The position numbers and the translations under genes were made by a program. From Octopus sinensis (taxonomy: Eukaryota), in contig NW_021830461.1 of the NCBI RefSeq assembly GCF_006345805.1, positions 263 to 64,262 of the forward strand: 64,000 bases of DNA, read 5' to 3'. Below are positions 32,450-45,460 of the stretch, piece after piece (positions within the stretch are counted from its first letter, which is position 1; every line of letters begins with the position of its first letter). The notes beneath the pieces were generated by a model. It ran no database searches and was not told the DNA's origin. It saw only the letters and a program-made list of their open reading frames with translations.

Positions 32450-34330
32450 GTTAGTACGCCACCTCAGCATTGTTGTATGGTCGATTAGGTAATGAGGGAG
32501 AACAAAGTCAATTAATTCTCTGGAAAGAGCACTGCGGAGAAGTATTCTGCGTGGGTTCTGTTAGCTGAGGTAGTCAGACCGATGCTTACAAGATAAACTA
32601 ATATAATAAATTGTCTTCAGGGCTGTGCGTCAAAGCAATTTCATAATGCTTTCTTCGCATCTCTTCATACGTTCAGTGTAAAATTTTTTAGTACGCTGGT
32701 TACTTTATACCGTGGGCAGGATTGAACCTTTCCTAAGGATCTCCGTCGCTTGCAAAGTGCATCGGGGATCATGGGAATTAACTAGTTTACCCTGTTCCTT
32801 TGGTTAATAAATGTCTTAATGTCTTGACTGTTCTCAACATATAGGCAAGCTTTGGGATAGATACGAAATTCATCGGAAAAAGAGTCAAATGTGGATAGCG
32901 ACATAGCGTAACTCTTTGAAAAGGTTGGAAAATTCGGAGACCCTATCATTTATGACAGGCCCCCATCTCAAATATAGGGGATCCAAAAAAGATCAAGCTT
33001 TCCTTAGAGAGACTTGCATATAAGTAGCAGTTTGTCGAATTCTGTACGGCATTTTTCAAGATAAATTCGTTGTGTTGATATTCACAATTTCGCAGTTCCT
33101 GCAGTTGAATTCGAGCCCGAGAGCTCGAAGACTTAACACGGGTGCTTAAACGTTCTCGTGATGGTTTCGGAAGTTTTTCCAATTGCACTGTCGTCCAAAT
33201 ACCATAGGTTAAGATCTGTTTGATAGGATCTTACAGTTTTGTTGACTACAATGGAGATAAAATGGCCTCAGGGCGTCGCCTTGTTGTGGACTCGGTTATT
33301 TTATGTCACAAATCTGCGTGCAGAATGCTTAGAGTATGCTAGGCAAACGATTGGCAGGGTACGTGAAATTCCTTTGGCGCGGTTTCGCGGATAAAATCTC
33401 TTCTCAGGAATTGATTGGGTTCTTCAATTCAATCTTTGCGTTCCAGTCAAAAAAGAAGTGAACTCGGGCAGTTGAAAATTCCTCAAAATTATTATTAGAA
33501 CTTTCACAAGAGTCATAATGTTTATAACCCCGCATGTGCAGCAAAAGATATTATAGAACTAATTAGATTGCTCCGATCTCTGACAGTTGTTGAACCTTCA
33601 TATGAGCATGCGTTTATGAGAAAGCGTTTTTCATTAATCCAGCATATAATCAATTTGGTTGTATGTAGGGACTAGTTTTCCATCTGAGTTTCTTCGTTCA
33701 CCCATCCAAGTGGTTATGTAATATAGAAAATGCGGTGTTGCACAAGAACACTTTGTTTGCTGTGAAGAAATGGCCAAATATAATCCCAGGTAAATTTCTT
33801 TTCGCACGTCCGTGTCTTCCTATTTTCTGAGTTCTTTTTTATTCCGATTTTTACAATTAGATCGCCGGCAATGAATATAAGTGAGGACGGCTCACATTCC
33901 TTGTACGTTTTTGATAATGCTGAGTAGAATTCATCCAGTTCAGTCGGATTTTTTGCCACTCTTCCACAGTGTGGCGCATATACATTTATATTTGTTAGTG
34001 TGTTTTTAGAGGAACTTTGGTTGTTCAGATTGATCTGTATTAGCCAGATCCTATCATTCACCCGCCAAGTGTCAGCTGATAGTTTTCTGTCAATGACAAA
34101 TCCGAGACCATAGTGTTTTGAGTCACTGGGTAAACATAATAGTCAATATTTTCCATATTTTCATCGAGGTAATGCGTAATTTTTGTTTCTTGTATGCATC
34201 CAATAAAAACTTTAAATCTTTCTAGGTCGTCACAAAGAATATTTCTTGACTTAGGCTTAGATATTCAGCATGTATTGGACGTAAGAATCTTTAGGGCAAG
34301 CATATTCTCTGTATCTTCTGCTTTTTACAA
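32450..34330 (-). mobile_element. RTE-type LINE remnant with APE endonuclease
   Basis: GCIQETK, INVYAPH..FYSAL..IAGDL; many stops downstream. Confidence 0.75.
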
Positions 34331-34525
34331 ATTTTTCTTAATCGTTGTACGGAAAAGAAACAAGGCATGTCACCACCTTACCAAAACAAAACTATTGAAT
34401 AAAATCTTCTTAGGATTTTAAAATAAATAATTTAATTTTATTTATATTTTAAATATAATATACATTTTTAATTTGTTAACCTCCACAGAAATAGTATTAA
34501 AAAGGAAGTTAAATATAATTTATTG

Positions 34526-35082
34526 ATGTACGTTTCTGTCTCTTGGAAATTCGTGGAGGTATATCCAAAGAAATCTGCACTAGGTATTTCTTTTTTGTTG
34601 AAATATATTTTAGCGCACTGTCTTATTGTCGATAATGACTTAAACATCCTTTTCGAAAGCTTTATTACACCGAACCAATCAGTCACGAATTATCGAACTC
34701 AGTATGGAGGAGTCCATCCGTATGATCTGGATGACTCAATCTCATTCCGTAGAGCGAGAGCAATTATATTCGATATCCTGAAAGTAATAATATGTTTGGT
34801 CTATAGTTATAGGACACACTCATAATTGGCCACGACCTTAGCCAATTTTTCGCCTGCCTAGAATTTAACATTCATTATTTCGACTGTTTCGACACATATT
34901 TGTGTCCAGAACTTCTTGAAATGATGGAAAAATCTGGCAGCGAAAAAAAGTCATTAAAGGAAATGGCCAGAATCATTCTGGACTTTAAATTCGAAAATTA
35001 TGACTCGTGGTCACGAATTAGAGCTGCGCGTGATCTCTACTTATTAGTCGATTCTATAAAAAACAATAGATTAGACTGGTAA
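34526..35082 (+). CDS. REXO4/ISG20-like DEDDh exonuclease-fold protein, apparently catalytically dead; 2 introns (30, 29 nt)
   Basis: CLIVD..FITPNQSVTNYRTQYGGV..IIGHDL..FDT..SLKEMARIIL..RAARDLY follows the REX4 motif order; acidic catalytic positions are substituted. Confidence 0.72.
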
Positions 35083-35598
35083 ATTATTAAAAATTGTTTG
35101 GATTTTATTTTTTTTATTTAAAAAAGACAATTAGGTGAAGAAATTCGAGCTTTTTTTAGCAGTAATTTTGCAATCGAAAAGTGTTTTGGTAGTTAGGAAG
35201 GAAGAACGTGGAACAGGCATTTTTGGAAATACGATATTTCCTAATTATATTAATTTCCTTTTTTGTAAATTAAAATTTTTAAAACTCTTTTTAAAGTAAT
35301 CTATGTATTTAATTTTCAAAAAATTGAAGATTTAGAAAAACTCAAATAATGAAGTGGACGTTGCAAAATAAAATAAAGTAGACACTATCACTGAAAATAT
35401 TCTTACTTTTAATGGACCATTTGACTAAAATATTGAACACAAAATACCTGAAAGTCGTCGCTTTATCAACGATAGATTCAAAACAATGTCTCAAATTTGT
35501 TTCTCGCTAAATATAGTATTTCGTTGTTTGATTTTCCGTTAGGATTTGACCTGTCATGTCGATTCGTTAATTTTCAATTGTGTGATATTTGTCTAGAC

Positions 35599-37702
35599 CA
35601 GGGGTTTTCAACCTTTTTAGCTCAAGGGCCAAATCGATAATTAAGATTAGCTTCGCGGGCCGCACAAAAAATATTTTATATATTTTTATATTTTTCATTT
35701 TACTAAATATTGATTCGCATAAATATGTAGATTCAACAGAACAAATTTTATTTGGTAAATGAAGCTAGATTAGTTTAATATTATAAATCGTCACGCTCCG
35801 GCAGCCAGTATCGCGTGCGTGTTGCCACGAAGAACTGCAATTCCGATACGTTGGCGAAGCCAATACCCCTCGCGACTGTCCCTCCTTCGTTTAGCCAGCA
35901 TCGCCCCAATTTCCTTGAGAAATTCCGCGGTTTTGGATCCCACTACACCAGACGTCTCCATCGAGATTGGGACAAAACGGAAAAGTTTTCCGATCTCCAA
36001 ATACTTAGATATCTTCGCCTTTTCTGCTGCATTAGCAGCCCAACCGGGCGAATGAATATTCCGAAGAATCATGGACTGGGAGAACGTGTCTACGCACGTC
36101 GCATCCCATGCGAGTGATTTTCCCTGGGAGTACGGGAAAAGAGTTATCCCATCGGGCCTTCTGCCATCTCCCCGGTCAAGCCCGATGGGTTCCAGGTGTG
36201 CTGGAATCCTGCGCTCTCGAGGGCCCGTCGTATTATGTCGTTGAGTGCGGCATGGCGGGGAGCGCGACCTGCACTCCTCTTGCAAGACAAAGGGTGTAGT
36301 CCTTTGGAATCGACTATTCCTCCACACCGGCATCTGTGTTCCTGACAGACGTCAAGACCCAAGCGTTGTGCAACACCGATTCTCACACAATCGTCGTCCA
36401 TAAGCGTACCGAAAGAACTGCATGGAAATGCGTGGAGCCATGCACCACTCCCGTGCTGTGCTCCGGATAGCAAACAGACGAGCCGGTGTTGGTTCAACTC
36501 CCGCTTCAGGTCATCAACGACAGCTTTGCATGATATTGCGTCCCAACAATTCTGTCTCGAGACATCATCTGGGATTGAAAGTCCGGCTTCCTTCCATTGC
36601 AAGCAAGCCTTGTCAAATACTGTGTCCAAGGAGAGTCCAGTAGTGTTACGTAGGATTTCCTGGACGAGATGACTGCAGCTTGAAAGCGATGACAGATATG
36701 CCGGGAATGCGAAATCCAGCGCCGACCTGAGACCCGTTCCTCCGATGCGTGTAGGAAGCTTGCATTGATTCCAACCAGGTTCGTCAAAGTGGATGTTCAA
36801 GAGCGATTCAGCTGAACTTCTCAAGGTCCTATCCAGTGTCTGTAGAATGTCTCGATGTTCCAAGCAGGGAGAACAACGGAGAGCGTATTGGAGTTTAGGC
36901 AAGCCAATGCTATTTTTCAAAAGGAAGAATGCAGTATGAGCATTGAGTAAGGAGAGTTTCTCCGTAACTCTAGAAAGACCCTTGTTTTTTTCCAGCAGAT
37001 GGCACCGCAGTTCCTTTTCGCCAAGTGGCACCCAAGAAAGTATGCCCTCTCCCGAGGTAAGACAGTAATCCCAGGTAATATCGATTTGAAAGACTTGACC
37101 ACGTTGATAAAATCACTTTCCGAGTATGTGATATTTATCAGCTCCGATTTCTTTATATTTATATCAAGTCCGAGTTTTCGTAGTACAGGCACGGCTTGTG
37201 ACAGAACGTCAAAAACTTTTCCCCACGGCCCTCCAATCGTGGCATCATCAAGATACCAGAGGTTCAGTTCCGCGCTGATGGAACGTACAGTTTCGTCATA
37301 GATTCATATATGCATTGTGTGTTATATTTTTGAATTTGTCTTGAGGAAATAATTCGTAAAAATTAATAATGGACGCATTTTTGAATAATGCCGCCAGTTC
37401 TATATCATGTTGTAAATTAATGAGTTCTATTTCAAACTTTGCAGGCGCATCCTTAATTTTCACGCTGAATGGAGTTGCGAATATTTTCATTAAAGGAAGG
37501 AATTCTTTAAAATTCTACAAATTAAATTTATATAAATGTAACCCAAAACGTGCTTCAAATTGATTAATGAAATCACCGATTATGGATATGTTTAACCTTA
37601 AGAATGAATAATTAAATTTAAACATTACTAAAAAATTAAAAAAGTTAGTTACTCTAGAGGGGCCGCAAAAAAAATTCTGGGGGCCGCATTTGAGAACCGC
37701 TG
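35599..37702 (-). mobile_element. Internally deleted hAT (SPIN/Buster-like) element with both TIRs and 8-bp TSD GTCTAGAC; hosts a nested CRE LINE
   Basis: Ends CAGGGGTTTTCAA / TTGAGAACCGCTG; TSD at 35591-35598 and 37703-37710 with central TA; remnant FATPF..ELINLQ..STYLCESIFS. Confidence 0.9.
35780..37290 (-). mobile_element. CRE-clade LINE, 5'-truncated, RT (YLDD) to REL; longest CRE copy in the window
   Basis: LNLWYLDDATIGG; ORFs 36144..37031 and 35791..36333 are joined by 1-nt frameshifts. Confidence 0.92.
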
Positions 37703-38689
37703 GTCTAGACGCTATGATACATAGATTTTTTACACACAAGGACATTTTTTTGCTTAGATAAATTTATATCTAGATTTTCATTTCAATAAAAAAATGCTTC
37801 TCATTTTTCTATCGTGTTTAATGTTTTTTGGTGATTCACAAAATAATTTGTTTAGTGAATTTCTTCATTCTCACCTTGAATAGTGAGAGAATCAGAATTA
37901 TCATTAAGTTAGTCTTTAATCTTGTTTAATTCGGTAAATTCGTGATTGATTATTTGATCGTCATCAACTGGATCAAATATTTGTAAAATATTGAACATTT
38001 CACGATAGCTGTCGATCTAGTCATTTTGTTTATTGTGTTCACTTTCGCATTTAATCAATTTTGAATGACCAAAACAGTTTTTGATTGTTTGCTCTGTTAC
38101 TCTTTTTCAATCATCAAAAATAAGTACGAATAAGACCCTCTTTTAAATTCAATTTTTATAAGCCTCTAATGGATTGTCTCTATTTTCAAATTTTTAGCAC
38201 ATAACCAAATTTTTATTGATTAAAACATTGTTTAAAAAATTTAAATTTTTGATTCGTTGCCTGTAAAATTGTTGTTATCTGCAGATAAATATGATATCAA
38301 TTTTGTCCAAACTGACAAATAGCGACTGAATCAAAATTTTTCTTGTCATCAACTTTTCTGGTAAATGACAATTTAAAAATTTTTAAAACAACGCGGTTTC
38401 TGATACTTTTTAAAATAAGATGTATTTTTTTTTCTCCTAGTCAATCACGCAAAGTAAAAGAATCTTTTTTATAATTGTATTCACAATGAAATAAATTAAT
38501 GCTTCTGCTTTCAGTTGATTTTCTTTCTTTTTGAGCTAGATCAAACTCTTTGTGGTAGGCGTTTTCTTTGTTCGTTCTCAAGTCCTACTTAATAGCCACA
38601 CGCAGAAAAGATTCCTCAGTTTTTTTATTTTTAAAACAAGACTTTTGGTATTCTTCCGGCAAAATTATTCCAAACTTATGTACTGTACG

Positions 38690-39850
38690 CATTCTCTCCA
38701 ATGTTTTCCAGATAATCACCCAGTGTGGGTCTTCTGAGACCGATTGAGCCCCAGTGATATCTATAGAATTTACTCACAACACCTTCCATGTTAGTACCAA
38801 TGGTACTACAGGCAATTTAGCGTTGTAGATTACTCTCAGTTCACTGGCAAGCAAATCGTATTTATGAAGCTTTTCTTTTAGGTTTTTTTGGGAGGTGATC
38901 CCAATCTCTATAAAGGGGGGATTTTTTTCCTTATTTTGTCGAGTACTAAAATGTCCGGCTTGTTATTCTCGACTTTCGTATTTACAGTATACTATCTCGA
39001 ATCTGCCACTTTTGGTTCCTAGGGATTGTTTATCGGTTCGAGAGGGGTTGTTTATCGATCTTTTAATTATTACAAAAAATAATTTTTGTACATGCAGCGG
39101 ATTCGAGAATTTCCCTAAGAAATTTGTATTTTTATTTAAAAAATGGCGGATTTGAGAGAGTTTACGTTATATTTAGTGTCGTGTCAGCACATATCTCTAC
39201 AGAGTTATTTGCAGCCACTGACTGAACAGAGTGGGTTTTAAACCTTCTGAATTTCTTAATACATAATGCATATGTATACACTTTACTATAATGCATACTA
39301 TACACTTTAGTACTTTGTTGTGTCTTCGTAAGTAGTCACTATCTAGCATTCCACTACACCTCGTTTCTAAGCGATCAACTGTCTTCCTGGCTGAGCTATA
39401 GTGACTGCACAATTTTCTAACATTGTCTAAAAATAGATTACATTGGTTTTCGGTGAGTTATTTTAATGTGATAACCACCAGGACGATTCCTTCACATCCA
39501 CGTCCAAATCATCATATCAAGTTGACTACTCTTGCCTGACTTATTCACTACCACATTTGGAAATTTCGCATCCAATATATTACTCAAGGAGTCCAGAAGA
39601 AGCATAAAGATTTGCGCCAATAAAGAATCACCTAGCATGATTTCTCTCACCATTCTCACTTCACCAATCTCTTTTTGGCTGACTATCAGCTTGATCTTCC
39701 ATTTCGTGACAAGTCTTTTTAAAAAATCCACAATCCAACAAGGGAGGCCGGAGTTATAAAGGATTTCGTATAGAAGCTCATGGTCGACAGAGTCAAAGAT
39801 CTTTTTACATTAACCCACGCAGACCGGTCAACTCCACTAGTTTCGCTTTT
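38690..39850 (-). mobile_element. R4/Dong-type LINE remnant
   Basis: GDSLLAQIFML RT motif; TVDRLETRCSGMLDSDYLRRHNKV. Confidence 0.75.
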
Positions 39851-40001
39851 TATTAATTTCAAAATTGTTAGTTCTCTTAACTTGCTTATCCAACTATTGC
39901 TGGCTTAAACTCTTGAATCCCATGAATGTTGGGAATGATTTTTCAGAAATCAAAACTTGATTTAATAAAAATAAGAAAAGAAATTTATTAGATGCAGAGA
40001 A

Positions 40002-41558
40002 TTAAAGATGATTTAAAATGGGTTCATCGTATGAGGAGATAATATCACAAATAGTATAAACAAGCGAATCAAGTTCTTTGAATTCCATTGCACATGAAAC
40101 AGTTATTTTTATGCTGGAAAATAAAGCGAAGTACCAAAACCTTGGCGGAGAAGGCACCATTTGAGGATAATACGGACGACTTTGGTATGCCATTACCAAA
40201 GCAATGCCTTGAAAGATGGCTTGGTTGACAATATGCTTCAACAAATCTACATTTTCATGTCTCAACAGAAGAATCGGAACGTTCTTATCTCCAGCAACTT
40301 CGAATTTTGGGAGTCTAAAATTCAAAAAAAACAAAAGAAACAATTTTTCGAACAAACTCCTTAAATATGCTGTATTTTCAGATAATTTGACAAACCTCCA
40401 TTCCTGAGATAGGAGAGGAAGTTTTGCAATCACATCTGCAACAGTAATCGGAGGAGATGAGGCAGAAAACAAATAGCCGGAGCCGGCAAGTCTTTGATGA
40501 TTAATAATTGATGAGCTGCCAATACAAAGACCACCAAGGGAAGAAAAAGAATTTTCAAGAGAGAGAATAATCATATCAATTTGGGAAATCTGTCAAAGTC
40601 ATAATATAATGATCTACATCACATTCAAAAAGTTGAGTAAGTCCTCTCTGATTTATTACACCAATAGAATAGCTCTCATCCAATATGATCCTTGCTTTGT
40701 ATCTGTATTTCAATCTGATAAGTGTGGGGAGATCAGGAATGTCCATATGTTTTTGATTAACGCCCTCTGCCACTATGAACTTGCCCGGAGAAAGGCTTGC
40801 GGCTAGCAACTGTTCCAAATGGCCCCAATCGTGGTGTCTGTAGAAATGAATGCGACCTCGAGATGTTTTGGCACCAAACGCGATCCATTGAGAACACGAT
40901 TCGTCCAAAAACACATCATCATCACTGTGTATGCACGAGGGAAGCACACTTATAATAACAGAACAAGAGTATGAATAAAGAATAGCTGCCTCTGCTCCCA
41001 TAAATAAAGCAAATTCTTCTTCCAATTGTAAATGGCATTCTATAATGTATTGCGTAGGTATTTTACCTAATGTTCCATAAAATGCTCGAGGTCCACAACT
41101 CCCTACGCCGCATTCTGATAGAATTGATATAGCCTGTTCCTGCGAATTAATAGGAAAATCAATATACTTCTGATTCAGGATTCCCAGCAAGATCAATAAA
41201 ATTATAGGAAGAAAAATTAATACATTTAATCCCATCAACTGTTATATGCTTACCAGGTTTACTAGAACATAAGCTACATTTCGTACCTTGAGATTATGCG
41301 TCTCTTGCGAACAGGTTGCTCAGTAAATAAAGGAGTGGGAGTCCATTCTTCGATTAGTTCCTCTTCTTCCTTTAATTTTTTTGTTAAATAAAATACTTTT
41401 TTGGTTAGAGCACTTTTTATTTTGTAGCTTTTTTGAAAAAATAGAGATATGCAACCGATGATCAAAACTACCTCGAACAGAAGGCGATATAATGGAGCAT
41501 TCAATGCTGCGGCTATATATTCGTGATATTTCCATATGAAAAACGGTTCACCATACAT
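40002..41558 (-). CDS. SPTLC1: Serine palmitoyltransferase subunit 1 (LCB1)
   Basis: APLYRLLFE..EEWTPTPL, INFSSYNF, CGVGSCGPRAFYGT, LDESYSIGV, GSGYLFSASSPP; tiny introns. Confidence 0.93.
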
Positions 41559-41849
41559 ATAAAATTTTAAAATAGTTAGTGATAAGTCTTTATTAATTTA
41601 AATATTTTTTTTAGAAATTCTAAGAAATTTTTTAAAAATTATTTAAAAATTTAATGTTTTTAGCTATCACTTCCAATTATAAAAAAAGAACAAAATTGCT
41701 TTCGTTTATAACTCGACTCTTCTTTGGATATCAAAATTTTGTCATCGTAATTCATAATTGTAACGAATTCTAGTTAGCATAATAAAACAAAAAAGCACAA
41801 TATTTCTTTCTTCAAAGCCGAATTTTAATAAATATCCTCTTTTCCGTGA

Positions 41850-42200
41850 ATTTCAGAAGCAATTGGATATCACTTGTAAATTTTACCACTTTTTTAAGGT
41901 CTATACATCTTTTTTAATCCGGAGAAAGAGTTTGCATTGGCATTTCAAGCTTGTTAAAAAGTTCAAATCATTATATTAAAATGTAAATCTTCCACCCAAT
42001 TTGTTTAAAAATACACCAGACGTTCTCAATAATGTTTAAATCCGGTGACTGACTTCGCCACTTTTTAAGTAATTTAACTTTCTTCTGATCAAGGTGGATG
42101 GTATTGAATGGTGGATCTCGATTTTTGGCACTGCGCCCCATATTTTTGAAACATCATATTTTGAAAATCTCTATTTTCTAATTCTACTTAGAAAATTCTT
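41850..42200 (-). mobile_element. Tc1 transposase C-terminal remnant
   Basis: KWRSQSPDLNIIENVW (the WPxxSPDLNxIE motif). Confidence 0.7.
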
Positions 42201-42799
42201 TGTTATTCACTGGAATTGAATTGCAGTAAAAAAGTAATTAAACAATTATGTCACAAAACTAATCTCACAAAATATATTAATTATCACATCAAACATCCTT
42301 CAACTAGTTGAATATAGTATTGCACAATTCAGAGTCCACCGGAAATGACCCAAGTTGTCTCGAGGTTTGAATAGGCAAACTCTGTCAACTTTTAATTTGG
42401 AATCAAAATCTTCATTTCCTAAAATATAAAAAGTCTGTCTGTTATATGTCAACCAATCATATGAATATCAACCAGCAATTTCCCGAATTAGCAATCTTCA
42501 AAAAATTTAGTCGAAAAATTCAACTAATATTTAGATGGTTTCAAGAACAAGCAAGCTTTTGCTCAATATAATTTCACAATGAATGATTATAATTAAAATT
42601 GTCAATTATTTTTTAATTAAAAACTTGTTTTGGTCAAAATAAATAAAAATTAAATATTTTTACATGCAAGGAAACAGAATAGAATGGATATAGTTAATAA
42701 ATGCGAAATCAACGAGTTTTTTATCTCAAAATTATTAAATTTAGTTAAATTAAACTTTTTAATCAAACAACAAAGTAAATAACTACAAGTTAATTAATA

Positions 42800-43480
42800 A
42801 AAGCTTCATGGTTATTTTATCACTAGTAGCAGAATGGAAGTAGAAATGAGACTTCTTTTTGCCAAAGAATAGGTTCCGAGAGCATTTGTGATAAGACCTT
42901 CTTCAAATGGGAAGTTGAGTCTCTCCATGTTAAGACGTAACATAGCCGTCAAACATTTTAAAAGTTGTACTGTTTACAACAAAAGAGTCGAGAATTATTA
43001 CATAAGAAAATAAGATATTTTCTTTGATAGAACGTTTTGTCAGTAATAAAAGTTGTTACTCGAAAAGATAAAGGATCGCGAGTTTATAGAAAAGGCTAAA
43101 TTCTTCATGAACTGAATCATAAAAAAACCTTATAAAAATACTTTGCCTTAGTTTGGACAAAAATAAAACAAAATTGGTGATGGAGTTTATGAATCAACAA
43201 AAGATAAAGAAAAACCATCAAAGTCAACATTTTAGCACATATGTTTCTACAAGTCGATTTCTTTAGCCTAAATAATGTTTTTGTTATGTCGCAAGTGAAA
43301 TGTATTACATTTATCGGGAGAATTTGGTCCATGGAGATCTAAGAGCAGATAGCGTTCTTATCAACAATGAATTAATATGTAAATTTCCAATTTTGGATTA
43401 GACATAAAAGCAAATTTCAACGTCCCTGAAGGAAAGATTCTATTTGATAAAATTTTCCAGATTCAAATCAGTTTTAAAAT
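42800..43480 (+). pseudogene. Decayed Src-family tyrosine kinase (SH2 plus kinase fragments)
   Basis: SRMEVEMRLL..AFVIRPSS..LSLSM..VKHFK (SH2) and NLVHGDLRADSVLINNELICK..NFGL (HRDLRA-type); stops and frameshifts. Confidence 0.55.
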
Positions 43481-43778
43481 TTTGTCAATCATATTGATAT
43501 ATGTAAGTTGATTTCAACAATCTAAGTTTTTTTATTGCTCTTTTATGTTTGACAACCAGCAGAACTCAACAACTGAAAAGACTTTAGCAACCGACGAAGG
43601 ACTGAATAGCACCACGTAAATTAATTAAGTAAAAGAAATTGGCAATTCTAATGAATTTCACTTTGAGAGTTAGGAATTAACTAGTTAATTAGTTTCTTTT
43701 TATTAATAACTGTAAGAACAAACCAGTCAGAAAAATGTTTTTGTTTTAAAGCAATCTAACAAAGTTTAATTAATTAAC

Positions 43779-43982
43779 TTGCACCGTCATATCTTTGCCC
43801 CGATCGCAGTGGAGACGTCGGGAGTCGTCGGTCCCAGAACTAAAAAATTCCTTATTAAACTGGGGGACCTGGCAAGCAGAAGGAGAAATGATCATCGGGA
43901 ACGGACATGGCTTTTCCAACAAATATCAATAGCCATTTTGCGTGGGAATTGCCATTCCATCTTATCCTCTGCTGCTAATTAA
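43779..43982 (+). mobile_element. CRE-clade LINE short 3' end (same subfamily as 53985-54170)
   Basis: HIFAPIAVETSG..WLFQQISIAILRGN. Confidence 0.88.
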
Positions 43983-44243
43983 ATTGTTGAAATAGTATTA
44001 ACTAGTTAATTAGTGCTAATCAATTGGAATAAAAACTCTTTTTATTAATTAACAAACTTAAAAAACTAAAATCAATAAAAATATATATAATCGATAATCA
44101 ATAAATTCGGGTTAGATCTGAGGAAAAAATCGATGTTTAGGAAATCGATAATCAATCGATAATTACTTATTTAACCGAATATTTGCTATTGTCTGTAATG
44201 TAACAATTAATATATATAAATTTTATTTAAAGAATAAAGAATT

Positions 44244-44711
44244 TTAATAATAGAAGTCAAATTTGGACAGATCTTCATAATATTGGGGAAATAGGGGTTC
44301 ATATTCTTCATAACTCCATCCCAGAAAATTATTATAATTTTTAGGCTGTGGAGTTTCATATTCTTGAAAATAGAGGTCGTCATAAAATTTATTGAGAGTA
44401 GGCTCACATTCATTTGAGAAGCACTCGTAAAATTGACAAGGGGGATATTTTCCCCAAACTTCTTCATAAAAAGTATAGGTATTTTTTTCCCCTTTTTCTC
44501 TTTTTAGGATTCTTGGGTTGTTGTAATACAACCTTAAGACGCGGTTGAACTTGTCAACCGTCATCTTAGGGTTGTTTTTCAACTCCCCCCACATTCGTGC
44601 AAGTTCTGCTGGATTGGTGATTTGAAATGAATTCGACATTCCAATCCATGAGAGATATGGACACTTCTTATTCAAATTTTCAATTAGAAATTCATATAAA
44701 CACGTTCTCAT
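44244..44711 (-). CDS. ETS-domain transcription factor, divergent; no intron seen; 5' end uncertain
   Basis: LYEFL..LSW..FQITNPAELARMWGELKNNPKMTVDKFNRVLRLYY..KNTYTF. Confidence 0.88.
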   Translation of the reverse strand: MRTCLYEFLIENLNKKCPYLSWIGMSNSFQITNPAELARMWGELKNNPKMTVDKFNRVLRLYYNNPRILKREKGEKNTYTFYEEVWGKYPPCQFYECFSNECEPTLNKFYDDLYFQEYETPQPKNYNNFLGWSYEEYEPLFPQYYEDLSKFDFYY

Positions 44712-44767
44712 GTCAAAATAGTATTTATCATCCGCAGAACGCAAAACACGTATTTATATTGTTTGTG

Positions 44768-44806
44768 AAGACGTAAATTACGGCAATTTTTGCGAATTTA
44801 CGTCTT
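44768..44806. promoter_or_regulatory. 12-bp perfect inverted repeat just upstream of the ETS ORF
   Basis: AAGACGTAAATT-N15-AATTTACGTCTT; function unknown. Confidence 0.35.
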
Positions 44807-44879
44807 TTTTTATTAAAACGGCGTCAAGTCCGGTTTGTTTTAAGTGTTAAATCGTAATTATTAAATATAAATGAATTTA

Positions 44880-45460
44880 CACCTGCTCTCTGTGGTATTG
44901 AGTTTGTTTTCCTATCCACCAAAATCTCTTCAGTTGTTTTGGACACCTCAACACAATATTTTTTTAGGGATTATAATTTTTTAGCAACTTGTAATAGTTT
45001 GATTTAGTGGATGTGAGTGGATGTAAAAAGGCAAATGTTGACAATGCCTACTCCGTTGAGTGTTTGCGAAGACTCCTTTGTGGTTTATAAAATTTTTTGT
45101 AACTGTGTTGGACAGAATGTGCATCCACACTACAACAAATGCTAGAGAGGAGCACATTACATAGCGACAGCATATTCCCATTGCTGTTTTTCGTGTGTCT
45201 AGAACTGGTGTGCAGAGTCCTCACTGCCTAATTCGAACAAATGTCGATCGAGCATAATGAAAAGTGTTATAGCACTAACCATCTCATATTCATAGTCGAT
45301 ATTAAACTGTTCCCTCAGTCTTCGGGGTTAGAGTCCTTTCCTGACATATAGTCAGCGAGGAGCGTTAGATTGCATATTCTAGGAGGTCTACAGAACCAGA
45401 GAAGAGGAGGAAGAAGGTGCATGGAGTCCAACTCCCTGTTTACTTCAAAGCTCAGGATTT
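44880..45460 (-). mobile_element. LINE APE-endonuclease 5' remnant
   Basis: NGVGIV-type motif; decayed. Confidence 0.5.

Noticed and set aside
37740-38560. Degraded coding-like AT-rich stretch
   Set aside because: Multiple stops, no consistent intron model and no recognisable motif
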